Part shown: one piece after another, positions 1-7,600 of the stretch
Layout of the letters: every line of letters begins with the position of its first letter
How positions within the stretch are numbered: the stretch's first letter is position 1
NCBI GenBank assembly: GCA_002841295.1
Contig: PHEU01000007.1
Location: 6,417 to 70,416 of the forward strand
Length of the DNA: 64,000 nt
Direction of reading: 5' to 3'
Source: Actinobacteria bacterium HGW-Actinobacteria-6
GTDB taxonomy: Bacteria > Actinomycetota > Coriobacteriia > Anaerosomatales > Anaerosomataceae
Notes under the pieces: generated by a model
Told to the model about the DNA's origin: nothing
Databases searched by the model: none
The model's input: the letters and a program-made list of their open reading frames with translations, nothing else
Made by a program: the position numbers and the translations under genes

Positions 1-1016
1 CACTCCGGGCCGACGAGGTCGACGACGAACGCGCGCGCCATACCCTCTGTGAGCGCGTACGGCACACCGTACGCCGCAAAGAGCAGCCATGGCGCCCATG
101 TGTGCGAAGCGAGTGCAAACCCCGCATACACGACACCGTACAGTGCGAAGCCGATAGTGAGTACGCGGCGTCGACCGATGCGGTCCGAGAGGTTACCCGC
201 CGGTGCGGCAATCGCGGAGCCGACCAGGTTGAAGATGAAGTACATGAGCGGCACGAGCGCGGTTGCCGCACCGAGGTCTTTCGCGCGCAGGATAAGCATG
301 GCATCCGACGAGTTGCCGAGCGCGAATACCGCTGAGATCGCAGTGAACACGCCAAAAGGCATGCCCAGATGCCTGAAGCCGAGCGGCGGGCGCGTTCCGG
401 TGGCGGGCGCGTGTGGTCGGCGCTCCCGGACGGCCAGAGCAAGCACCACGATCGCCGCAGTACCCGGAATCGCCGAGATGAGGAACACGGTGCGGAACCC
501 GGCCTCGCCGTGCACGAGCGAGAGCGTAGCCCATGCGATGAGCGGTCCGATCGCTGCACCGAGCGTGTCGAGCGCGCGATGGAGTCCGAACGCCTTGCCG
601 CGCACCTCGGGAGCCGCCGAGTCCGCGATGAGTGCGTCTCTCGGCGCTGTACGGATACCTTTGCCGAAGCGGTCGGCGAATCGCAGCGCGAGCACGGCTG
701 GCCAGGAGCCGGCGATCGCCAGAATCGGCTTCATGAGGTTGGAGAGCCCGTAGCCGAGCAAGATGAGCGGACGACGCCGTCCGACACGATCGGAAAGCCA
801 GCCCGAGAAGACCTTCATGAGCGATGCGGTTGCCTCGGCGATGGACTCGATGATGCCGATGACGGCCACCGGTGTGCCGAGCACGCTAGAGAGGAAGAGC
901 GGGAGGATGGGGTAGATCGCCTCGGACGACGCGTCTGTGAGCAGGCTCACGATCCCGAGCGCTTTCACGTTCTTGAGCGAGGTATCGGGCGCTGCGGTCC
1001 CAGCGGGGTCGGGCAT
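1..1016 (-). CDS. MFS transporter, N-terminal part (C-terminus lies beyond the window edge)
   Basis: Absent from the ORF track because it is open at the edge. My translation of the minus strand from ATG (complement of 1014-1016) gives MPDPAGTAAPDTSLKNVKALGIVSLLTDASSEAIYPILPLFL...FSGWLSDRVGRRRPLILLGY...ADRFGKGIRTAPRDA, which contains MFS motif A (G-x-L-S-D-R-x-G-R-R). GAGGAGG lies just upstream (complement of about 1021-1027). Confidence 0.75.
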   Translation of the reverse strand, partial: MPDPAGTAAPDTSLKNVKALGIVSLLTDASSEAIYPILPLFLSSVLGTPVAVIGIIESIAEATASLMKVFSGWLSDRVGRRRPLILLGYGLSNLMKPILAIAGSWPAVLALRFADRFGKGIRTAPRDALIADSAAPEVRGKAFGLHRALDTLGAAIGPLIAWATLSLVHGEAGFRTVFLISAIPGTAAIVVLALAVRERRPHAPATGTRPPLGFRHLGMPFGVFTAISAVFALGNSSDAMLILRAKDLGAATALVPLMYFIFNLVGSAIAAPAGNLSDRIGRRRVLTIGFALYGVVYAGFALASHTWAPWLLFAAYGVPYALTEGMARAFVVDLVGPE

Positions 1017-1030
1017 CGTACCTCCTCGGC

Positions 1031-1074
1031 GTATCACATAATGATACCGCTGCGGCCGCAGCCTCGGGTAGACT
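1031..1074. promoter_or_regulatory. Divergent MFS/ATPase control region: inverted repeat GTATCA-N5-TGATAC (1031-1047), perfect 14-nt palindrome GCTGCGGCCGCAGC (1049-1062), -10-like TAGACT (1069-1074)
   Basis: Read directly from the sequence. TAGACT ends 6 nt before ATG 1081 and no Shine-Dalgarno precedes that ATG, so a leaderless mRNA is possible. The proteins that bind the palindromes are unknown. Confidence 0.3.
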
Positions 1075-1080
1075 ACTCAC

Positions 1081-1353
1081 ATGCCGCCAACCGAGTCAGA
1101 GACATTCCAACTGCTAGCGCTGTTGCCCGCGCCGTACTACTGCGCAGGTTGCGCCGAGCGTGTCTGTGCGCAAGCCAGCGGCATCGGCGGCGTCATCGAG
1201 GCAACGTGCATGGCCGAGGAGGGCTCGCTTGCGGTGACGTTCGACCCGCTCGCGATCTCGTCGGAGCGCCTCGGAGAGCGTGTACGCGAACTCGCGCTTG
1301 AAGTCACCGGTGCCGTAGGGCACGCGGTCTACAGGCTCACGGGTCTTGATTGA
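1081..1353 (+). CDS. N-terminal heavy-metal-associated (HMA) region of the downstream P-type ATPase, ended by an in-frame TGA (1351-1353)
   Basis: 90 aa with a CAGC (CxxC) motif in an HMA-like context. The ORF ends ...HAVYRLTGLD-TGA and is in the same frame as ORF 1372..3435. The text after the TGA continues PDCARAVGASVAAVNGVHSADVNFASGLLTFEYD, which is a second HMA domain. Confidence 0.6.
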   Translation: MPPTESETFQLLALLPAPYYCAGCAERVCAQASGIGGVIEATCMAEEGSLAVTFDPLAISSERLGERVRELALEVTGAVGHAVYRLTGLD

Positions 1354-1371
1354 CCTGACTGCGCACGCGCC

Positions 1372-3435
1372 GTGGGCGCGTCGGTCGCAGCGGTTAACGG
1401 AGTGCACTCCGCGGATGTCAACTTCGCGAGCGGGCTGCTCACCTTTGAATATGACGCGGCGGTGGATCCGAGGACTGCCGTCGTGACGCTCGTACGCGGC
1501 ACCGGTCACGGCGTGGAGCAGCTTGGCGAGCATGCCGAGGACAGCCCGCAGCAGTCGTGGTGGGAGCGCAATCGCGCGACCGCAGCGATATCGGCCAGCG
1601 GACTGCTGATCGTCGTCGGCTGGGTGCTTGGCACATTCGGTACGCCTGCTCCGGCGTCAACGGTGCTCTACGCACTCGCGATCCTTGCGGGTGGTCTCAT
1701 CACCTGGCGCCGGGCATTCGTTTCGATTCGTGCGCGCATGCTCGACATGAACGTGCTCATGACGATTGCCGTCATCGGCGCGGCGGCGATCGGAGAGTGG
1801 CAGGAGGGTGCGACCGTCATCTTCCTGTTCGCCCTCGGCGGATGGCTTGAGTCGCGTTCGCTTGAGCGCACGCGCCGCTCGATTCGCGACCTCCTGGCGT
1901 TTGAACCCGAGCAAGCGCGCGTGCGACGCGCCGAGCGCGAGGAGCTCGTGGCTCCTGCTGACGTACGTGTTGGCGAGACGCTCATCGTGCGGCCGGGAGA
2001 GCGGGTCGCCCTCGACGGCGTCATCGCGAGCGGTGCCTCGGCACTCGATGAGGCACCCATTACAGGCGAGTCGATTCCGGCTGACAAGGGCGCAGGCGAC
2101 CGAGTATTTGCAGGATCACTCAACACCAGCGGTTTGTTGGAAGTCGAGGTCACCGCGCTTTCGACCGACTCAACGCTGACGCGCATCATCTATCTTGTCG
2201 AGGAGGCGCAGGCCGCCAAGGCGCCCTCGCAGCAGTTCGTTGACCGCTTCTCACGTTTGTACACACCGATCGTCGTCTGGCTGGCCGTGGGCGTCGCGAC
2301 CGTGCCACCGGTTGCCGCGTGGGCGCTCGGCGCCGAGTGGGGCGGCTTTGAATCGTGGCTCTACCGCGCGCTTGTGTTGCTCGTCATCAGCTGTCCCTGT
2401 GCACTCGTCATCTCCACGCCGGTGGCGATCGTCTCGGCCATCACCCGGGCATCGCGCGACGGTGTGCTCATCAAAGGTGGCGCTTTCCTTGAGATAGCGG
2501 CCAAAGTACGTGCGATAGCGTTCGACAAGACTGGCACGCTCACGCACGGACACCCCGTTGTAGTCGAGCTTTCCGCCGAGGAGCCACACGCGTTTCTAGC
2601 GCTTGCGGCGTCGCTCGAGGCGAATTCGAATCATCCGCTCGCCAGAGCCGTCGTTGCCGAGGCAGAGCGCGAAGGAGTCTCGTTGCAGCCCGTCAACGAC
2701 TTCGAGGAGCTCCCCGGGCGCGGTGTGGGAGGCGTGGTCGCCGGCCGCAAGCTTCGGCTGGTGAGCCCGTCGTTCGCTGCCGAAATCGGGCAGGTGAGCA
2801 ACACGATCTCTCAGCATATCCTGCTTGCCGAGGAGGCCGGACGCACCGTATTCGTGCTGTTAGATGACGGGGAGGCACTCGGCTATCTTGCGGTGGCAGA
2901 CGAAGTGCGCACGAACGCCAGCGACACCATGCAGCGTCTCCGCTCGGCGGGCATTGAGCACCTTGTGATGCTGACTGGCGACAACGAACGCACGGCCGAG
3001 GCGGTGGCCACGATCGCGGGCCTGACTGAGAGCCGCGCGCGCCTTCTTCCGGGCGACAAGACCTCGGCGGTAGCGGAGCTACAGGAGCGCTACGGCGTGG
3101 TCGCGATGATAGGCGACGGCGTGAACGATGCTCCCGCCCTTGCGACGGCCGACCTCGGCATTGCGATGGGAGCAGCCGGAAGCGACACCGCGGTTGAGAC
3201 GGCGGATGTGGCGCTCATGCGCGACGATCTCTCGGCGTTGCCGGGCTTCTTCGACCTGGGGCGACGCACTGTTGCGAATATCCGACAGAACGTGGCGCTT
3301 TCGATCGTGGTCAAGCTCGTTGTGCTGGTGTTGGCGGTCTTTGGCAAGGCGACGCTGTGGATGGCGGTCTTCGCCGATACCGGCGTTGCACTCATCGTCA
3401 TCGCGAACGGGCTGCGGCTTCTCAAGAAGCGCTAG
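1372..3435 (+). CDS. Heavy-metal-translocating P1B-type ATPase (Zn2+/Cd2+/Pb2+ subtype). This is the minimal ORF from GTG 1372; the real product may start at 1081 (see findings).
   Basis: Motifs seen: CPC in SCPCALVISTP, DKTGTLT phosphorylation site, SNHPLA (HP motif), GDGVNDAPAL hinge. N-x7-K (NVALSIVVK) and D-x-G (ADTGVAL) in the last two TM helices match the P1B-2 signature. Confidence 0.92.
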   Translation: MGASVAAVNGVHSADVNFASGLLTFEYDAAVDPRTAVVTLVRGTGHGVEQLGEHAEDSPQQSWWERNRATAAISASGLLIVVGWVLGTFGTPAPASTVLYALAILAGGLITWRRAFVSIRARMLDMNVLMTIAVIGAAAIGEWQEGATVIFLFALGGWLESRSLERTRRSIRDLLAFEPEQARVRRAEREELVAPADVRVGETLIVRPGERVALDGVIASGASALDEAPITGESIPADKGAGDRVFAGSLNTSGLLEVEVTALSTDSTLTRIIYLVEEAQAAKAPSQQFVDRFSRLYTPIVVWLAVGVATVPPVAAWALGAEWGGFESWLYRALVLLVISCPCALVISTPVAIVSAITRASRDGVLIKGGAFLEIAAKVRAIAFDKTGTLTHGHPVVVELSAEEPHAFLALAASLEANSNHPLARAVVAEAEREGVSLQPVNDFEELPGRGVGGVVAGRKLRLVSPSFAAEIGQVSNTISQHILLAEEAGRTVFVLLDDGEALGYLAVADEVRTNASDTMQRLRSAGIEHLVMLTGDNERTAEAVATIAGLTESRARLLPGDKTSAVAELQERYGVVAMIGDGVNDAPALATADLGIAMGAAGSDTAVETADVALMRDDLSALPGFFDLGRRTVANIRQNVALSIVVKLVVLVLAVFGKATLWMAVFADTGVALIVIANGLRLLKKR

Positions 3436-3484
3436 GTCGCGCGCCCGCTTGCCTCGGCGGGTTGAATCCTTAAGAATGGTGCAC

Positions 3485-3540
3485 CTGGCGGTGGAGTCCG
3501 CCATCAACCGTGAGCTTCGTGCTCGCCAATGACTCCTGTC
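3485..3540 (+). promoter_or_regulatory. Fluoride riboswitch (crcB RNA motif)
   Basis: CUGGCG-GUGGAGUC-CGCCA-UCAAC-CGUGAGC-UUCG-UGCUCGC-CAAUGACUCCUGUC aligns element by element with the Thermotoga petrophila fluoride aptamer as I recall it (GGGCG-AUGAGGCC-CGCCC-AAAC-UGCCCU-GAAA-AGGGC-UGAUGGCCUCU). P1 is UGGCG/CGCCA, P3 is a hairpin, and GGAGUC (3493-3498) forms a pseudoknot with GACUCC (3531-3536). It lies directly 5' of a CLC gene. Confidence 0.85.
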
Positions 3541-3566
3541 GCGTCGTCAGCTTCGGGTGAGGAGTC

Positions 3567-4829
3567 GTGGCAGTGAAGCGCCTTGGACCGGTACACCGTC
3601 TCGTTCAGTGGGTCGCGCTCGGCACCCTTGTGGGCATTGCTGCGGGTGTTGCCTCGGCGGCCTTCCTGTATCTACTCGATTGTGCGACCGCTACGCGTCA
3701 GTCGCACATCACGCTCGTCTACTTCCTGCCGGTTGCCGGACTTGCGCTTGGCTACGTCTTCGAGCGCTGGGGGAAGCCGATCGCGGGCGGGAACAACCTC
3801 GTGATCGATTCCGTGCATGAGGACAGCCCGAAGATCCCGCTGCGAATGGCTCCGATGGTCTTGCTTGGTACTGTTGTCACGCACTTGTTCGGCGGCAGTG
3901 CTGGCCGAGAAGGCGCTGCGGTGCAGATGGGTGCGGCGCTGGCCGACGACATCTCACACCGCCTGCATCTGAGCCGGGCGATGCGGGTGCAGCTGCTTGC
4001 CGCCGGAATCGCCGGCGGCTTCGGTTCGGTGTTCGGTACGCCGATTGCCGGCACTCTCTTTGGCCTCGAAGTCATCGCGCTCGGTCGCATCGAGTACTCC
4101 GCGCTCTTGCCCGCACTCATCGCCGCAGTCGTTGGCGACGCTGTCACACGCGGGCTCGGCATCAAGCACGCGGTCTTCCCGACGGTCGAGTCGCTTCCGC
4201 TCACGCTGGTGGTCTTCTTCAAGCTCGCGGTGCTGGCAATCGCGGTGGCGCTGCTCAGCAGGCTCTTCGTTGAGGCGACGCATCGCATCAAGGCGGTTTC
4301 CACACGCCGCATTCCGTCGCTTCCGCTTCGCATGGCCGTTGGTGGCATTGCCGTCATCGTGCTCTGGAAGCTCTCCGGCACCTCGGATTTTCTCGGCCTC
4401 GGCACTGATACCATCGCGCGAGCGTTCACCGATGCATCTCTGCCATGGTCATATCCGCTGGTCAAGCTGCTCTTCACGGCGGTGACGCTCGGGTTCGGAT
4501 TCCTGGGCGGTGAGGTAACGCCGCTGTTCTTCATCGGCGCCACACTCGGAAGCGTGGTCGGAAGCGCCCTCGGCATCCCGATTCCGCTGGCGGCCGGTGT
4601 AGGCATGGCGGCGATGTTCGGCTCGGCATCAAACACGCCAATCGCGCTATCTGTGATGGCGATAGAGCTCCTGGGCGCCGCCGTGCTGCCGCACGTCGTG
4701 ATCGTTTGCGTGCTGGCGTACCTACTCACGGGGCATCGAAGCATCTATCCCTCTCAGAAGATCGGCGTCGGCAAATACGAGCACCGCACGCCGGTGGGAC
4801 CGCGTTTGCGCGATTCAGGATCTACGTAG
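3567..4829 (+). CDS. CLC-family anion channel/antiporter, probably a fluoride-specific CLC-F type F-/H+ antiporter
   Basis: GREGAAVQMG (Glu-ex motif) and GSVFGTPIAG (GxFxP). The GSGIPE serine motif is replaced by GGNNLVID. The protein is short (about 420 aa) and has a fluoride riboswitch upstream. The start may be GTG 3573, which has better spacing to SD GAGGAG at 3559-3564. Confidence 0.85.
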   Translation: MAVKRLGPVHRLVQWVALGTLVGIAAGVASAAFLYLLDCATATRQSHITLVYFLPVAGLALGYVFERWGKPIAGGNNLVIDSVHEDSPKIPLRMAPMVLLGTVVTHLFGGSAGREGAAVQMGAALADDISHRLHLSRAMRVQLLAAGIAGGFGSVFGTPIAGTLFGLEVIALGRIEYSALLPALIAAVVGDAVTRGLGIKHAVFPTVESLPLTLVVFFKLAVLAIAVALLSRLFVEATHRIKAVSTRRIPSLPLRMAVGGIAVIVLWKLSGTSDFLGLGTDTIARAFTDASLPWSYPLVKLLFTAVTLGFGFLGGEVTPLFFIGATLGSVVGSALGIPIPLAAGVGMAAMFGSASNTPIALSVMAIELLGAAVLPHVVIVCVLAYLLTGHRSIYPSQKIGVGKYEHRTPVGPRLRDSGST

Positions 4830-4950
4830 CGACTGCACCAGAATCTGGTGTGACGCGGGGGGCGCGGCGGTAGTACGGTAGGGGTGCGGCGCCGGGGTGG
4901 TAGTCCCAAAGGTGCTGTGACGGGGGACGCGAACCGACTGGAGGATTCCC

Positions 4951-5292
4951 ATGACCGATGACGTGATGCGCTTCTTTGCGGCGTGGATGCTCACACATGA
5001 AGCTGCCGATGAGGGCCTCAAGGCCGCCGTTCTTCGCGGCGACGAGGGTGGGCCGGAAGGCATGGGCGGCGGTCCCGACGCGTTCGTCGACGGCCTCGCC
5101 GCGATGGTGGCCGAGGAGAAAGAGAAGCTCAAGCGAGACCTTGAGGCTCGTGCGCGTGGCGAGGAGGTCTCGATAGAGACACAGCCCGACCCCGCACTGG
5201 AGGACCTTCGCTTTGAGGTCGGGGAGCTTCGCGGGCGACTCGACAACATCGAGTCACTGCTTGAGACGCTCGTTCGCAAGTCCGGGTCATAG
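4951..5292 (+). CDS. Hypothetical acidic coiled-coil protein
   Basis: 113-aa ORF with GGAGGA 6 nt upstream of the ATG and a heptad-like EEKEKLKRDLEARARGEE segment. It lies 10 nt upstream of the UbiB-like kinase gene. No family recognised. Confidence 0.45.
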   Translation: MTDDVMRFFAAWMLTHEAADEGLKAAVLRGDEGGPEGMGGGPDAFVDGLAAMVAEEKEKLKRDLEARARGEEVSIETQPDPALEDLRFEVGELRGRLDNIESLLETLVRKSGS

Positions 5293-5301
5293 GGGCCGGC
5301 C

Positions 5302-6660
5302 ATGGCATCCCGACGCCTCACCATAGTCGGTACCGTTGCCCGACACCTCATCGGCGCACTTCCTGCAGCGGGGTTCGGGCTTGCACCCGGCACCGTCCGC
5401 CGCACGGCGTTCGCACGGGCGTGGCGGCGCTCTTTCGAAGACCTCGGACCGGCGTTCATCAAGCTCGGGCAGCTCATCTCCGTCCGGCCCGATGAATTCT
5501 CCGACGAGCTTGTCGCCGAGATGCAATCGATGCAAGACGCCGTCCCGGCCCTGCCGGCCGCCGCTATCAGGGCCGTCATTCGCAGCGAGTTCGGACGTGA
5601 GCCCGAGGAGCTGTGGGCGAGCTTTGACGACGCGCCGGTTGCCTCGGCATCGATCGCGCAGGTGCATCGCGCGACGCTCGCGCAGCCGTACAAGCCCGTG
5701 TGGGGTGTCGAGCTACCCGCCGGAACCACCCTCGCCATCAAAGTCGTACGGCCAGGTGCTGCCGAGTCGATCCGCGCGGACATCGCGATCGCCCGCTCGC
5801 TTATGGAGCGCGTGGCCCGGATGCGCATATCCCGGCGCTTCGATCCGATCGCGCTTCTCGATGAGTTCGCACTCACGGTGGACCGCGAGCTTGATCTGCG
5901 GATGGAAGGCCGTTTTGCGGATCGGTTCACGTTCGATTTCCGGGACGACCCCAAGGTCGTAGCGCCCCGTACCGTGTGGCCGACCACGACCGCACGCGTG
6001 CTTGCGATGGAGTTCATGACCGGTTGGCGGCTCTCGGAGATAGAGACCGCGAAGGCTCACGGCGTCGACTGTTATGCGCTGGCGGTGCACGGTGCGACGG
6101 CGTTCATGCGACAGGTGTTCGTGTACGGTCGCTACCACGCCGACTTACACCCCGCGAATCTCTTCGTGACGCCGGATAACACGATCGCGTATCTCGATTT
6201 CGGCATCGTCGGCTTCCTCACCGACGAGGAGCGCATGAACATCACCCAGGTGATGGCGGCGCTCGTGTACCGTGACCCCGATCGTGCGCTCAAGTACTCG
6301 GCGAAACTCGGCGTCGATGTGCCTGCGGATAGGGTCGAAGTCGTGCGAACCGCGCTTGGTGGATTGCTTGATGGGACGTACCGGCCGGATGGGACGCGAG
6401 ATTTCGCGCACTTTGGCCTCGGGTTTCTGAAGCTCCTCGGTGAGAACGACATCAAGATTCCGAGCGGGTATGGGCTGCTCATCAAGTCGCTTGCGACGGT
6501 GGAAGGCGTTGCAAGGGCGCTTTACCCGGAGATCGACATCGTGGAGACGGCCAAGCCGTTCACAACGCGCATCCTGGGACAGGCGATGGGCGATCCTGCA
6601 CGGCTCTACGAGCGGATTCCGGCTGCGATACGCGCTGCGATGCGCGAGATCGTCGCGTAG
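5302..6660 (+). CDS. ubiB: ABC1/UbiB-family atypical protein kinase
   Basis: FIKLGQLISVRPD, ASIAQVHRATL, AIKVVRPG, HADLHPANLFV and LDFG are all ABC1/AarF/UbiB kinase hallmarks. Confidence 0.85.
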   Translation: MASRRLTIVGTVARHLIGALPAAGFGLAPGTVRRTAFARAWRRSFEDLGPAFIKLGQLISVRPDEFSDELVAEMQSMQDAVPALPAAAIRAVIRSEFGREPEELWASFDDAPVASASIAQVHRATLAQPYKPVWGVELPAGTTLAIKVVRPGAAESIRADIAIARSLMERVARMRISRRFDPIALLDEFALTVDRELDLRMEGRFADRFTFDFRDDPKVVAPRTVWPTTTARVLAMEFMTGWRLSEIETAKAHGVDCYALAVHGATAFMRQVFVYGRYHADLHPANLFVTPDNTIAYLDFGIVGFLTDEERMNITQVMAALVYRDPDRALKYSAKLGVDVPADRVEVVRTALGGLLDGTYRPDGTRDFAHFGLGFLKLLGENDIKIPSGYGLLIKSLATVEGVARALYPEIDIVETAKPFTTRILGQAMGDPARLYERIPAAIRAAMREIVA

Positions 6661-6661
6661 G

Positions 6662-7486
6662 TCAGCTGAGGATCGAGCCCTCGGGGGCGACTGGCAGCAC
6701 GTCGTTCATGCTGCCGGAGCGGTACCCTTCAAGGTCCTGCGAGGCATACGTGAACCCGGCGCTCTTGATGGCGGCCGCGATTTGCTCGCGGAGATTCCAG
6801 GCGATTTCCATCTCGGCAGGCTCGACTTCAAGTCGCCCGACATCGCCATGCGAGCGCAGGCGGAACTGACGCAAGCCGAGCCCGCGAAGGTCCGCCTCGG
6901 CATGTCTGATGCGGTCCAGACCTTCGTCGGTGATCGCATTACCGTACGGGAATCGGCTGACGAGACACGCCATGGACGGCTTGTCCCATGTGGGCAGCTC
7001 CAGCATCTGTGAGAGCTCGCGGATCTCGTCCTTGTGTAAGCCGACCTCAAGCAGTGGGCTCACAACGCCGTACTCGACTGCGGCCTTTCGGCCCGGTCGG
7101 TGATCCGAGATATCGTCAGCGTTAGTTCCGTCGAGAACCCACTTGATGCCGCGAGCGTGAGCGACCGTCCTGAAGAGTCCGAACATCTCGGACTTGCAGT
7201 AGTAGCACCGGTCTGGCGTGTTGAGCAGGAATCGGGGGTCCGAGAGCTCGTACGTGTCGACTTCATGCAGTCGAAACCCGAGCAACTTGGCGGTCTCACG
7301 TGCGTCGGCCACTTCGTTCGCTGTGTGTACGTCGGAGGTTGCCAAAACTGCAAGGCAGTTGTCGCCGAGCACCGCGTGGGCGGCGAACGCCACAAGCGTC
7401 GAGTCAACGCCCCCTGAATACGCGACGAGCGCGCTGCCGAGGTTGGCGAGGCGGTTCCTGAGACTGTCGTACTTGCGGGCGAGCAC
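6662..7486 (-). CDS. larE: ATP-dependent sacrificial sulfur transferase LarE (PP-loop ATP pyrophosphatase family)
   Basis: PP-loop SGGVDST. Conserved YCK, DGTNADD, RPG and SMACLVSRFPYG (LarE Cys loop). Length 274 aa. Confidence 0.8.
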   Translation of the reverse strand: MLARKYDSLRNRLANLGSALVAYSGGVDSTLVAFAAHAVLGDNCLAVLATSDVHTANEVADARETAKLLGFRLHEVDTYELSDPRFLLNTPDRCYYCKSEMFGLFRTVAHARGIKWVLDGTNADDISDHRPGRKAAVEYGVVSPLLEVGLHKDEIRELSQMLELPTWDKPSMACLVSRFPYGNAITDEGLDRIRHAEADLRGLGLRQFRLRSHGDVGRLEVEPAEMEIAWNLREQIAAAIKSAGFTYASQDLEGYRSGSMNDVLPVAPEGSILS

Positions 7487-7600
7487 GAGTTCCCCTGACT
7501 GTGCGAATCGAGGTAACGTTTATCCTGCCACGTTCCGAGCGCGCTTTGTAGTGCCAGAACGGGAAAAGACATAGCAAGCCGACGAACGGGGAGGTTTGGT

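Noticed and set aside
3444-3461. Terminator after the ATPase gene (CCCGC-N8-GCGGG)
   Set aside because: The stem is only 5 bp and the U-tract is weak. This is not convincing, so the riboswitch and CLC gene may also be reached by read-through.
4836-4850. Palindrome CACCAGA-A-TCTGGTG just after the CLC stop, as an operator or terminator
   Set aside because: It is a single short copy with no U-tract, no adjacent promoter hexamers and no nearby regulator. That is too little to support a call.
4815-6017. Long antisense or off-frame ORFs: 4815..6017(-), 3752..4744(-), 12300..13292(+), 16279..18114(-), 28100..29806(-), 52715..53590(-), 56837..58054(-), 49..753(+)
   Set aside because: All lie opposite to, or out of frame with, genes that have clear family motifs. 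Their translations are Arg/Ser/Ala/Pro-rich and low in complexity, as expected for stop-poor shadow frames in GC-rich DNA.
7541-7556. Sigma-54-like site on the minus strand upstream of larE (TGGCAC-TACAA-AGCGC)
   Set aside because: The -24 hexamer is good, but the GC of the -12 element is displaced by one nucleotide and TTGC is absent. Sigma-54 promoters do not tolerate spacing changes.
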